This document shows positions 13,823-26,985 of a stretch of 64,000 bases of DNA, one piece after another. Both the position numbers and the translations under genes were made by a program. The DNA is from Chrysomallon squamiferum. Taxonomy: Eukaryota; Animalia; Mollusca. The stretch covers positions 7,812,001 to 7,876,000 of the forward strand of contig CM022672.1 in NCBI GenBank assembly GCA_012295275.1. Direction: 5' to 3'. Position 1 is the stretch's first letter, and each line of letters begins with the position of its first letter. The notes under the pieces were generated by a model. It was given only the letters and a program-made list of their open reading frames with translations. It had not been told where the DNA came from and made no database searches.

Positions 13823-15570
13823 AATGCAGTCTGTTATAGTTCTGTGACAGATGTAGTGATGTTGTTTTCACTGTTGTGTCCAATTAATGTCAGCACAAAA
13901 TTCTGTTTGTTTTGGTTCAGTCATACAGTGGAAATCATTCTGTAACAGATACAATATACATAATAAGAAATAAACAAACATGAATGAACTTGAAATTTCC
14001 TTAATAAAATCAACATAGCTATCATAACAAATCAATCTTAGTGCCATCAAGATTTCACAAGTAATATATTTCTGAAAAAGAAGTAGATTTTAGATAAAGA
14101 TTGTTTTTCCTTGAAAAAGAATTTGCAGTGAAATCATTATGTACAAATACAACCTTTTTTAACAGTGGACAGATAAAAAATACAAGTTCTCAAAATAAAT
14201 TTTAGAAAAGTTTGGTTTGAAATGAAAACCAATATTTCTTATTAATGTTTATGTTTCAGTTATAAACTAAATCACTCAGATTAAGATAAAATCAATTTTG
14301 GGATTTCAAAATATTTAGCAATCTTATCAAGACATATATACATATATGTTTAATCTTTGTAATAATGTCTCCAAAAACACACAAATAATACCAGTATCCA
14401 ATATTAGCCTTTATACTTTCCAGAAACACTAAACCAACGTGTTTTTTAACACTCAGTTCCATTTTAGAAACTCCATGAACTTGTCTGTTCAGTTAAAAAC
14501 ACACTAATGGTATCCATATAAAACATTTTACCTTAGAAATTTTAGAATGTCCATCAGCTTGAACTATCTGGTATATTGTAACAATTTCAGTTCTGTATTT
14601 ACAACCCAAGCACAGAAACCTGGCTTTAGAATGAACTGTGTACCTCTAACAGGCCTGCTAAATGCAGTGATAAAGACAAGTGTTACTAGAATACCACAAG
14701 TTGCCTGTCTTGCATGGATAGAGTTCAAGCTGCCATTATCAAAAATGATTGATGTCAGTTCTAATTGCTGTCGGAGCAGATTAATTCACACACTGGAAAA
14801 ACCTATATGATCCAGTTATGCACACATTACCAAAGTTGTTATAAGTAAATGAAAGAAAATTATCAAAATGCTTGCAAGCTGAAATCTTTATGATCAACAC
14901 ATTTTATACTGTTACTTTCTCTTGAAAGGAGTGTGAAAAAAAACTTCCTCTTGTGCTGACAATAAAAGCTTGAATCCAAATTAATACAGGGGCTATTAGG
15001 ATTATGCAATGTGTTCTGCCCCCAGCAGGGGATAGGAAACTTGCTGAAGTATAGCTATAATTGCACAAAGGTAGGTGAATAATGAATTGAGGCAGTGTTT
15101 TCTTTTCTTCATACCAATCAAATTTTAACAGCTTGTGTTTAATGGAAAATTTCTGTATTAAGAGAAAAATTTTACGTTCAGTTTTAATTAAATTCTCATT
15201 TCTGAATGAAAAATTCAATTATGTAAACTTAAAATACAAAATTAATGTATATCCAGTATGAAGGTGAAACTGATTACTTTAGTACTTTGGATTTCATATT
15301 GCAAAACAAAATAACAACTGAATAAAATTTTAAAATAAGCAAGAATTATTTCATAAATTATTATCTATTTGTATCTATCTATATTTATATCTCCCTATCT
15401 ATATTTCATTTATTTTAAAACAGTAACTTGTCTATAGATTATTTAATTTGCACTTTATTTCTGAGGATGTTTTTTGTTTAAAATTTCAATAATAATGATG
15501 GTGATAATTACAATAACAACAACTTTAATAAATTCTAATATATATAAATATATATATGAAAAAAAAAATG

Positions 15571-15611
15571 TATAGCCTTTTAAGAAGAATATATATTCTT
15601 AAAAGGCTATA
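15571..15611. repeat. Perfect 16-bp inverted repeat (9-nt spacer)
   Basis: TATAGCCTTTTAAGAA (15571-15586) and TTCTTAAAAGGCTATA (15596-15611). Confidence 0.85.
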
Positions 15612-16157
15612 AAAAAAAAATTTCATTTGTTTAAGGTCTCTTCTTTTAATTAACACATGAAAGTATATGTTTTGATAAGATATTTGAAAGTGTGTTTTCT
15701 GCAGTTTTCACATAATATTATGTAGTATGTATGTAATTGGTTCACTAAGAGAATTTAGTCAACAGTGCTGAGCTGCAAACCTGACATCAAATTCTCATCA
15801 CAGGTTATTTCAGCAATAACATTACATAACCAGACCTGCTACTAATTACAGCTTTACCCCTGTACCAGCTACACATTATCCTCTCAATGATAGACTTTAT
15901 CCTCTTAAGAATTAACACAATTTTTACTAAATCAGTCATCTGAACAAAACATACAGCGTTCTGTTTGTATCAAAGTAGTGAGGCATATTACATTTTATAC
16001 ACTTTTTTCTTTTCTTTCTCTCCAAAAAATAACTAACTGTCCTTTTTATTTATAAATAGTCAATTATGGAATAAATAAATTATTTGAAAACATTCTTAAT
16101 GAATTCCTTTTTAATAAGATATATATTTAGTAAGGACCTAAAAAAAAAAGTATACAT

Positions 16158-16183
16158 ATATATATATATATATATACATATTT

Positions 16184-16248
<65 letters not shown>
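16158..16248. repeat. (TA)n-(GA)n compound microsatellite
   Basis: Read directly from the sequence; produces the RERERE pseudo-ORF. Confidence 0.95.
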
Positions 16249-16253
<5 letters not shown>

Positions 16254-19200
16254 GCCTTTTGTAGCAGTTATTTTTGATTAATAAGACCTGTAAAGCATCT
16301 TAAAGTAATTTGTATATTTGAATCATTTTTTAACTGTCTTAACACTTGTATATCAGTTACAAGCTCAACAAAATAAAACTGTCTTTTCCTTATACATTTT
16401 TCCAGTACAGAAATTGAAAAATAGAAAGAATGTCATAAATGTCTAATAAATAGTTTAAAATCTCTACCTCTACATGACCTGATTTTAATCAAAATGTTGT
16501 TTTAATTCAGCACCCTGAAGAGCAGACTAAAATTATTTTCTTAACTTTCTTACGCTTTCAAAATAACTAAGTAGAAAGGATGATATATTTAATATAAAAT
16601 ATTTACATGACCAAAATTCATTCAGTAAAATAGTATCATTCCTAGCATGTAATCAATGTACAACAAAATTTGACTGTTAGTTCTTTAAAGATTTGTGACA
16701 GCTAAAGGATCTGAACTTTATAGAAACAATGCCATCAGTATTTAAAATATTTAAAAAATAAATAAATATGGAAATAAGGAAACAAGTAAATAAACAAATT
16801 AATAAACAAATTAACAAATATTCTTCAAACAAACAAATAGTGAATATACTGCACACCTTTGTCATTCAGTTTACACTGAACTTATATAATTTCTCAAACA
16901 GAACTGAATGAAAAAACATCGTTTTAAAAATATAATAATAATAATTTTCACTTGACAAAAGTTCAGTCAAAGTGAATACACAGCTTTGCTCAGTAACACG
17001 AAGCTAGCTAAACCTGTCCATCCCTTAAAACATGTTTCAGTGTGAGAACAATGGTGCAGTGTGGAAAGAACTGAGACAAGCAGCAGGGAAAATCCATGCA
17101 GTCTTTGTCTCAGCAGGTAGCTGATTCTCTGTCCTCCAGTTGGACAATAAACAATACAAAAATGTGATTAACACAACACCACATCTGTAGAGTGCCCTCA
17201 GTGAATGTGAACTGAAGGCTTCAGCAGCAGGGTTGTCAGAAAGAAAAATAAACTACAGTCATTACATTTATATGTTAGAATTATGCAGGAAAATAAATGA
17301 AGCTGCTTACTTTGTGGATGTGTGAGAAAGTTTAGAAGTTATTATATAAACAATTATCACAAAGTAAATAAGATGACTGTTTAACAAACACATTAACACA
17401 TTTTAATATAATTGTTCACCATTCACCTATTTCCCTTTCCTGATCTATATCCAACAAAGACAGGTATCATTTCTATGTCTGTGAAAAGCTTATATTAAAT
17501 AATTCGAAATATATATCTTTTAAAGATATTGCTTCACAATTCATTGAACTAAACAAACAAACAAACAAACAACAACAATAACAATGCTATCTTATCTCTC
17601 AAAAGAGAACCTTTTGTGTCTCAAAGAGTAGGTCCTGTTAATACAAGTATTGCAGCTTATACTTTGAATAATAATTATGAGGTTTTGTCTGACACACAGA
17701 AACTGTCACTCTTTTGAATACCAAATTGTAACTGGTAAATATAATTAAACAGGATTTTAATACAGTAAATATTATATTAAGATATTTCTCCTTTACATGG
17801 TTGTTTTGACATTATTAAAAATTAATAAATTATCACTGCAATGTTATGTTGTTATGTTATGCTGTATTAAGTTATATTTGGTACATGATGTGATTTGCAA
17901 TGTATGATATTTATGATATGATATACAGTATGATACATGAAATACAGAAAAAGTAAAGTCCAGTATATATATATGTATGTGTGTATATATATATATATAT
18001 AAACACAGAAGAAAAAAGAAAATAAATAAATAACAAAATATCAAAACAAAAGTAATACTCATACTTTTGCAGTTTATAAATAATGAAAATAAAGAAGTGG
18101 TTGGGATGAATAATCAGTTCTGTTGCCAGTTTTTAATCCAGATGATCTGCTTCAAAACTTCAGACCTGTTACATAATTGCCTATCTTGGCTGGGGCAGTC
18201 ATAAAAGCCCCAGGCCACAAAGATAACATCAGCCTGCACAGTAATGTCCATCTCCACAACCTTCATGCCCTCTGATTTATGGCCATTATTGCCCAAATGG
18301 CAGAAAGGAAATGTGTTTGAGATATTTTCACAGCTAAATAAATTGTGTGTGTCCTGCTGGCAGTTAAAAGTTGCTCCAAAGAGAAATGATACAAACATCC
18401 ATATAATACTATCTCAGAAAACTGTTAAATGTTGAATGTCTGTTTCAAATGTAATGATGGGGTGAAAAAAATATATATACAAAAAATAATAAAAAATAAG
18501 ATAAATATATTGTTTAATTTTAAATTTATTTTTTAAGATAATAATGTTTTTGTTTTGTTTAATCAACAAATTCACATCGGTAATGTGTATTATGTTTCCA
18601 GTTATAAAATTTAAAAAATAAATTAAAATTGATAATAACCATAACCAGAAATAAATAAATAAATAAACACAGTTGTTTTCTTACTGTTAAATCTAGATAT
18701 ATATTTTGTTGAGTAAAATTTAATAAATTAAAATTATATACATTGCTCAAAAAACAAAACCCCAATTAATATCTGACTTCAAATAATAGAGATAATTTTA
18801 AAAAAAAAAAAAAAAAAAAGGATTTGTTGTATATGATTTATTGATCTTTCTATCTTTAAATATATATATAAATAAATATATATATAACAAAAATAATGGG
18901 CTTTACAGTTCAAGGCTCAAATTTAAGCAAATAAAAATAAATATTAAATTTAAAAAACAAAGGCAAACACAAAAAAACCCAAACAAAGTAACTAATGTAA
19001 ACATATGATGAAATAATATAATAAAACAAACATATAAAAAGTAAAAAAAAGAAGAGAACAATGAAGATAAATATATAATTAATAAATAATTATAACCATT
19101 ACCATGTATTAGTTCATCAGTTCAGTATCTCTCCAAGCAACACAGTTTCACTCCAAGTTATTTTCTAAGACTGACCACAGTCTTGCATATCCCAAGTGTT

Positions 19201-19887
19201 GAAAACCCAACTAAACCTGCAAGCAAACAAAAACAGGGCTCTCTATGAAAAGTCCAGCTCAGGAGACTTCCTTCCTGTGCCAGCATCCCCAGGTATGTCC
19301 ATTGTGGGTCCTGTAACTCTAATTAACACATGCAGATTAGTTTCTTATCATTCCAACAGATAATTGCCAGCCAGAAGTTTCCTTTGTGCTTGACCAGTGG
19401 CATGTACACAGCCCTGTCACAGGTCATTGGTAATTTGCCAGTCCATGTGGGAGCTGCTATAGACACTGCATATCCACTGGAGTACTTCAGCAGTCATCAG
19501 TCATCAGTTGCCACTAAACACATTGTTGTGATTACTGCTTTCGCCATTGTGTGTGCACTTGAAAGAAATTCTTTGATTGTGTGCTGCTCTGGGACAATAA
19601 ACTTTACAAGTTGCCTTTTCAGTGAATGCACTTGGCTGGTTTTGTGAAATTCTCAATGGTCAAGCAAAAGGATTAGAGTGAATTCTATTTATAAATGTGA
19701 AATCAGACAGATTTTTAAGTACTTAACAAGCTGTCTCATTTTAAACTGCATTAAAACAGAAAGTGTTCAGTTTTTATAAACAATCTCTTCACAAATGTAT
19801 CACATAAATTTTATTTACAAAGAAAACAACATTATTTATTTTCAAAGACCAAAGCAGTCTTTTTTTCTAATGTTAATCTGTAATAAT

Positions 19888-19889
19888 AA

Positions 19890-19960
<71 letters not shown>
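19888..19960. repeat. (AAAT)n microsatellite
   Basis: About 18 tandem units. Confidence 0.95.
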
Positions 19961-21663
19961 AAATAATAAATTTGAATGTACATGTATGTAACTTTAATTT
20001 TTATTATTATAATTTTAATTTATTATTTTTCTTTGTTACATTAATTTTAACAAATCCATCTCCTCCATCTAATTTAGACATCCATAAACTTAAAAAAAAT
20101 ATTTCTCTTCAAAACAAACTTTTACAAAAAATTGAATAACAATTTATTCATTAATTATTATGAGAATTAATTTTTCTATTTCTAAAAATTTCTTTATCCA
20201 GTTATTTTGAAAATCACATAAAACATTTGAAATAAAATAAATGATATGAATACACATATAAATTAAAAATTAAAAATACAATTTACAGCAAGGAGAGTTA
20301 ATTGTGAAGTATTAAGTATTACAACTGAATGTATATATTTTATCGAAAATTTCAAAGCTTAAAACAGCTACCCAAAACAAAGACCAGCTTTTTTATATCA
20401 AAATATATCATTGTGCATTTATTATTATATCAAAAAGATGTCTACTAAAATACTATCATTTTTGACTTAAGAAGAATACCATGCTGAACTGAAAAAAAAA
20501 CCCCATACTTACCAATAAGTGATCTATTTTTCAGCTGAACACACCTCCATAAAAACTCAGCCACTAATATTAAATCCTATTTCTTCAGATAAAGGAGATG
20601 AAAAACACCTGCTCACCTTAAAGAAAGATGAAAGAACTTGTACAATTTAGTCATGCATTCTCATTTATAACAATAGCCTTGTCAGGCTACAGTGAAAATT
20701 TACACCCAAATTACAGCTTTACTTCATTGAATTAGAGGTTTTCTGCTGACCACACTGGCCAGGTGATGATGGTTTTAGAATGAGTGGGGCTAAGTCACAA
20801 GTATAGTGATGTTAAAATAATGAATCTTTCTTCTAAATATTTTTCTGTTATATCTTCGTTTATTTTGAATTTAGAACTGTAAGAATGAAAATAATTCAGA
20901 ATGATTATTCTTCTTAAAAATAATTAATTTATTGTTTTTAAATCTTTATTAATTCGGCTAATCCTACTACTGTCTTTATTATCGTAACAACTTGAGATAA
21001 TGATTCAAACTTCTGTTTATTATTTATTTTCATCTTAGAAAATACAGATTTGAAACAAAATGTAACAAATAAATTATATAATTAACAGATCTCTCTCTCT
21101 CTCTCTTTTGGATTGATATTACTTATAATTGCATCAACTGTATTAGTTTCATGTTTTTATGAAATATATAATGAATAGACTTATTTATTTCTTTATCTAT
21201 TAAATTCATATTTTAATTCAAGCAATATTAATTAAAGACTGGATATTGTTTATTCTTAACAAATCAAGGTTAATGTTAATTAAAACAATTAAAGTAGTCT
21301 ACATTTTAACAACAAGCCCTTTAATTGTATTAACAATATCGGTCTACTTAGCTGAAAAAACATTCATAAATATGTAGATTTCGAATACGTAAGCTGTTTT
21401 TATAGATCAGGAAATAATTTGAGTATGTATGTAATATTACCTTGCATTTATTAGGACATTCATTCTGTTTATTACATAGCAACACAAATTTTAAAATTAT
21501 ATTATTAATTAATAATTTAAAATAGTCCAGAATTATAATCTAAAATTAATATTCAAATCGTCAATCTTATATATTTATTTATTCATTTATTGTTTTACTT
21601 TTTATTTTTGTTTATTTCGTTCATTTCTGGACAACCGAATAAACCAAGGGAAATAACTATTAC

Positions 21664-21910
21664 CTACATAACATTGTTTACAAGCCAGACCATATAATGG
21701 TCTTGCTAGATGAAGAGCAGGAAGCAAAAACGCCCATAAAAAAAAAAACAGAAAGTCTATTGATTTCACGATAGATTAAACAACTCTACTACTAATAATT
21801 AAGAATCATCTGGGAAAGTATTTTAACTAAACCGCTTCTGCTACTTCTCTGTAGCGCCCTCTATGTCTTTAAGGAGATTGCCTCTCTTGATTCTTAGCCT
21901 TCGAAATACC
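21664..21910 (-). promoter_or_regulatory. Probable cyclin J promoter and non-coding first exon
   Basis: Local CpG retention; minus-strand donor TAG|GTAAAT at 21664/21663; 5'UTR acceptor TTACAG| at 13940 upstream of the ATG; CTCF-like TAGCGCCCTCTA at 21852-21863. Confidence 0.5.
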
Positions 21911-22569
21911 GTTTTAAAACATTGGATTTTATTTATTTCATTTTATTTTTAGGTGTAGAAGTAAATAAATTTCAGGGTTGTTTAAAATAAACAGTGGTTA
22001 TAAGTCTGACTCTAGGCGTTCTGCATCTTACACACACACTAGTATATCACTGATGGTCACAATAGGCACCTATCAAAACTCTTGGTAGGAGTTTAAATGC
22101 AAAACTACCCACAGCACTACTTGGGAAACATAAGAATTTTTCATATTCTGAGGATACTGATAATAAAAGTGAAACACAGCACAAATGATGTATATATTAA
22201 AACTTAAAAGGTTATATGTTCAGAAAATATATTTAATGTAAAACTGTTAATACATCCATTCTTATTTTATATACTGACTGGTTACATTGAGATAATTGTA
22301 TCATATAGACATGCTTTTGTATCCCTGATACTGCAGTAATTAATATTCTTTCTCCCTCATGTAAAAAAATTATAATGAAAATTGTTGTAAACAATATTTT
22401 TAAAAATAATAACAAAAATAATTCTGCTTTAAGGGAGAAAAAAAAAAAAAAAAGCATCTTACCATAATCACAAAATGACTTATTACTGTCATAATTGTTT
22501 TTCTTTTCTTCTTCTTTTTTTTTTTTTTTATAAATCTTTACTTCAAAGTGACTTTCTCATGTGTGAGAT

Positions 22570-22810
22570 AACTGTGGGTAAGTGGATGGCCTGATGTGCA
22601 ACTGAACAAGTGATTATATCTTCAGTACTGAGCATTAGTGGGTTTTTCCCATTCCACTAATGCTATCTTATTTCATATGACTATCAAAGTTACAAAATGT
22701 GTTTTGTCCTTGGGAAGATGCACATAAAAGATCCTTGTTGCTGTAAGGATTTCATATTAGAATGAAAAATATTTAACATACAACAGTAGAAATAAAAAAT
22801 TTTTAACTTC
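22570..22810 (+). mobile_element. Decayed SINE-like element in the 3' UTR of Myb/SANT gene A
   Basis: The segments GGGTTTTTCCCATTCCA, TATCAAAG and TGGGAAGATGCACATAAAAGATCCTTGTTGCTG resemble a tRNA-derived SINE core I recall from gastropod genomes. Recognised from memory, not from a database search. Confidence 0.5.
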
Positions 22811-22925
22811 TACCATTTGTGCCTGATACTGTCAATTAATTAACATATTTAAAAATAATAATAATAATAATAAAATAAATTAATAAAGCAAAACACTACT
22901 TAATATATGAAATTTTAATCAAAAC

Positions 22926-24281
22926 TTATTTTTTAAGTTTTTTAACAATATTGAGGAAGGAAGAAAACATCTTCATTTTATCATCATGCATTCTTTTCAA
23001 TCTTTCCATTCTTTTTCGTTCTTCATCTTTCTTTTCTTTGTGTATTTGTTTCAGCAGTGACATGAGGTCATCATTCTGTTTTTTCCTTTTGGTTTTTGAA
23101 TAACCATTAGTGTCTGTCCAATGTTGATGAGATATCTTAGGTGTGTAATACCACTTTTTAGGATTACAGGTAAATAAATCTGAGAGTTCTTTAAAATAAA
23201 CACAGGTTATGAGTTTGACTCCTGGTATAATGTTATTTTTAATTACTTTTTTATATTTTTCAGTAAGAGTTTTAAAATATGCTTCAACTTGTTGTCTAAG
23301 AAAAGGTTTTCCTGTCACTTTATTCAACTCAGAAGATATGAGTTCCCAAAACACCTGTTTTTTACACGTTTCATCAATCCACATGCTTCTGTATTTCTCC
23401 AAAAGGTTTATGAAAGCATCACTGGTTTGCTTTGTCCATGGTTCATTCCATACTTCATCATCTTGTTCGGAAACCATTTCCAGAGTCCTAGATACAACAT
23501 CAAAATCTGATTCCTCATTATCACTAGAATCATCCACATCTTCTTCAGAGTCAGAAGAATATGTTACCCTCTTCAGTTTTCCAGTTTCTTTTTTGCTAAT
23601 TTTTCTTTTTGGAGACTGTTTGTCAGTATTTCCAAATGTATTCAAAAATTCAGAAAACATTTCCATTTTCTCATGGTGCATTGCTTCTATTTTATCCAAA
23701 CTCTTTTGCTCTTGCTCTCTGTTGTCATCATTGATGTTTGTAATTAATGATATCAGTCTGTTACTTGATGCACTATTCTGACCACTGCTTTTAGTTTCAT
23801 CATAATCACCTCCGTCACCATTGTCATTATCATCACTGTTGTTGTCATTGTCAGACTTGGTCTTGCTTGCTTGGCCAACAACTGGAGTGAAACCGTACAC
23901 TTCTGACAAAGCATCATAGAAGAAGCAGGTTCTTTTCCTGTTTCCTGGAATCAGGTTATTCTCAGTGACAACTCTGTACTGCCTTGTCATGCTGGTGTAC
24001 TTAGTTGCACAGTGGTTAGCTGTACAGTGAACATAACCTGCAGCTTTCATCTGAGAAGCAATGTGCTCCCACATCGGCCTCTTTCGTCTCTCACTGATCT
24101 TGTTACAACTGATGTATTCCTTGTAAAACTGAATCAGCTGTAATGCCTGTTCATTGGTCCAGTAATATTGCTGTTCATTTGTCCACTGGCTGCCTCCAAC
24201 ACAACTGTTACCTCCTCCAGATGAAGCTGGTTCTGTCTGTATAGAGTTGTTGTCATCTTCACTGCACTGGGTAAGCTCCAT
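22926..24281 (-). CDS. Myb/SANT-like (trihelix, Myb_DNA-bind_4 type) protein A with two SANT + coiled-coil modules, 451 aa
   Basis: Intact single-exon ORF with two W-x-W-x-Y trihelix repeats (WTNEQALQLI...MWEHIASQM...KYTSMTRQYR and WTKQTSDAFI...FWELISSEL...LTEKYKK). Each is followed by (C/T)xF(Y/F)xxL and an MHxxKM.MFSxFL helix. 5'UTR acceptor TTAACAG| at 24308. Confidence 0.85.
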   Translation of the reverse strand: MELTQCSEDDNNSIQTEPASSGGGNSCVGGSQWTNEQQYYWTNEQALQLIQFYKEYISCNKISERRKRPMWEHIASQMKAAGYVHCTANHCATKYTSMTRQYRVVTENNLIPGNRKRTCFFYDALSEVYGFTPVVGQASKTKSDNDNNSDDNDNGDGGDYDETKSSGQNSASSNRLISLITNINDDNREQEQKSLDKIEAMHHEKMEMFSEFLNTFGNTDKQSPKRKISKKETGKLKRVTYSSDSEEDVDDSSDNEESDFDVVSRTLEMVSEQDDEVWNEPWTKQTSDAFINLLEKYRSMWIDETCKKQVFWELISSELNKVTGKPFLRQQVEAYFKTLTEKYKKVIKNNIIPGVKLITCVYFKELSDLFTCNPKKWYYTPKISHQHWTDTNGYSKTKRKKQNDDLMSLLKQIHKEKKDEERKRMERLKRMHDDKMKMFSSFLNIVKKLKK

Positions 24282-25689
24282 TGTAACAGTTCATTTCATA
24301 GACATATCTGTTAAAAATATTAGTGATATCATTATTATTAAGAAAAACACTAAAAAATAAAATAAAATAAAAGTTTAATATTTAAAATTAATTAAAATGA
24401 AATAATAAAGATAATAAATATAAAATAGAGAAATAACAAAATTAAAATAAAATAATAAAACTATATTTTGAAAAATAATTAAAAATATAAAGAAATAAAC
24501 TATAAATTATAAATAGATTCTGATTGTTACAAAAAAGGAAAGATTACTTGTTTTAATAATTTCAACAGTCGAAACAGTTATGTCCCCTGTTAACCATGTC
24601 TCTAGTCTCATTCATTTTAATATATATACATATATATATACACACACAAAAACAACCTGTATGAAATAGCTAACACACACACATACTCTGTACAGGTTAC
24701 TTCCTCCCATCTTTGGATTTAACAGTCTCACCTTTACTTCATACAACAGGCTTTAATATACTTGTCATGAACAAATTGTAAAACTCAAACTATATTATAT
24801 TTTTAGTATTATTATCATTATGAACAACATTTATTCAGTCATTTACTTGAAATAACTTACTTTCTGATGATATTCTCTGTGGAAACTATACAAGATTTGT
24901 TTATTTCTGAGATTAAATACCATTTATTTCAACAGCAAATAGTCACTGAAAATTAAATTATTAAAAACTTTTATGCTCGTTAAAATTGGCTTTAAAATTT
25001 GATATCATACTTTTCAATAATTGGAAAATTTAAATAAATATGGTAATGTACCAAATTACCTTTTAACAGTTAATTTTAAAACAATATGGATTTGGGTTTG
25101 GGTGGTTATTTTTTCTAAATTATTATTATTGTTATCTCGTCATCTTTTTTAGATAGTGATTGGGTATATTATAAATATTTTGTGTTGAAGTGGTTTTGAT
25201 GTACAGTGTTTTATTCACTGTGGCAACTGAATTGCAACTTTTCAGATTTGAATTCTATTAAAAGTCATTACAAACCGGATTTCTTAATAAATATTTTCCA
25301 CATCAATATTTCATCTCATTATATTTGTTCTCAAGTTTATAAATTTAAAAAAATAATAATAATAATATTACAATAATTTGAATAAATAAATACCTAAATA
25401 AAATAAAAATACCACCATCTTTTTAATGTTACTGTCTAAATCTAGTACCTTAATAATGTTTGATATTGTAAATATAATATAATAATATTAATCTCGTTAA
25501 GTTGAAATGTGTCGTGTTCTAGTTTGTCATAAACTGCAGAATGAAAGTTATGTATCAATGTTGGTCATTAATTTGCATAACGTACATCTTTACTGGTTAT
25601 AATATTTCCCCTATTTTCATTTCATATTTAATAATGGCAAATAAAAGTCAACAAGAACATTTTTTTCAAGTCGTAAGAACTACTGGAGT

Positions 25690-26050
25690 AATATCGCCAA
25701 AACGTAAGCCTTATTTGTAAGTTTGGATAGTGTCAAGCAAAATGGCGGAAACAAATTACCGATATTTTCTTTCCTGGTGATAGGACTTAATAAGAAATAA
25801 TATTACAATTATTAAATACTGGTATCTGTGACATTGTTAGATTAATGTAACTGTTACTTACCAAACTAAAACAATAACGCTGATCGAAGTAAAGAATAAC
25901 AGTAACATTAAGTTTTATTTGGTCTGTTTCGGGCGGTCTACATCAGCATTTGAGATGACGGGTTAAATTCATGATGCGCACGCACTCACCCCGGGCATTC
26001 CGCAAGAACAGCCTCGATTTACCTGATCTTGTTATTACACAAAGGTCGTT
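25690..26050 (-). promoter_or_regulatory. CpG-rich promoter / first exon of Myb/SANT gene A
   Basis: CpG cluster; YY1-like AAAATGGCGG near 25739; NRF1-like TGCGCACGCA near 25975; minus-strand donors G|GTAAGT at 25861 and CAG|GTAAAT at 26022. Confidence 0.55.
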
Positions 26051-26594
26051 TAATTGATATTATTTATGGAATTTTCAAACAGTTTGCACATTAAATTATA
26101 GGAATAAAGACACTTGAGGATCTTAAAAATCAATATTATTTTAATCAAAAATAATAAAAAAATTCCACTATTCCTCCACCACCCGTTAAGATATGCATGT
26201 GCGCCCCTCCCCCACAATAATAATAAATATTTTTAATTTAAACATTTATGCATTAAACATTTCTTCTCTGAAATAGCAGAGAAAGACGGAAAGTTTCATG
26301 TGTTATTTTAACAGTTTAATTTCAAATAATGCTTTTTAAATATATAGTTTAAGAAAAAAGAAGTATTTAAAACTAAGTACAGAATATCGCGAACACCGTA
26401 AAATCGAAATTGTTTAATAAGCCTTTTGCACTATTTTGAAAATTTCGAAAACAACAACTACTACTACTACTAAAGATAATAATAAATCGAGATTTAAAAT
26501 AGTTATATTTTCATATTCGAACCCTTTGCCAAATTAGCAAATACTGAAACGACAATTAGGCCTGCAAATTACAAATAAGAACACTGCATGTATC

Positions 26595-26924
26595 TAGGAC
26601 CGTCTTAACGCATGGGTATGCTGGGATGCCCAAGGTACCCAAGAGCAAACGTGACCCCATGCTAATCTGTGTATGTAGTGACTTGCAGTCAATAAATAAA
26701 TAAATACTATAATGTTGAAATTTTCAGTATTTTTCAAACGTTTAATATTTTTTATTTTTTTATTTTATTATTATTATTTTTTTAATGTTTAAATACTGAT
26801 TTGGTTGGAAATACCAAAACTGCACATATATGTTTAATTCTATCGATCATTTGCACTTTTATTCCTTAGTGCGGATGTTGCACTGCTTTACCCGAGGATC
26901 TATAATACTGTTAAAATGGCCCTG
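26595..26924. mobile_element. hAT-type MITE (330 bp) in the 3' UTR of Myb/SANT gene B
   Basis: TIRs TAGGACCGTCTTAAC and GTTAAAATGGCCCTG (11/15 inverted match). Flanking 8-bp TSD CATGTATC (26587-26594) and CATATATC (26925-26932). Confidence 0.75.
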
Positions 26925-26985
26925 CATATATCCAAACAACCATTATTAATTACATAAAAGGCTTTTTTCCACAAAAAAACATCCT

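Noticed and set aside
19330-19647. 105-aa plus-strand ORF, considered as a possible Harbinger transposase partner
   Set aside because: No DDE/HARBI1 motifs, no exon chain and no recognisable homology.
20763-20830. GTGATGA box C-like motif
   Set aside because: No D box at a suitable distance, and it is on the opposite strand to the inferred host intron.
23209-23781. Antisense ORFs over the Myb/SANT genes (also 27002-28008) and over the RGS last exon
   Set aside because: Shadow frames of real CDSs, with Ser/Phe/Leu-rich composition.
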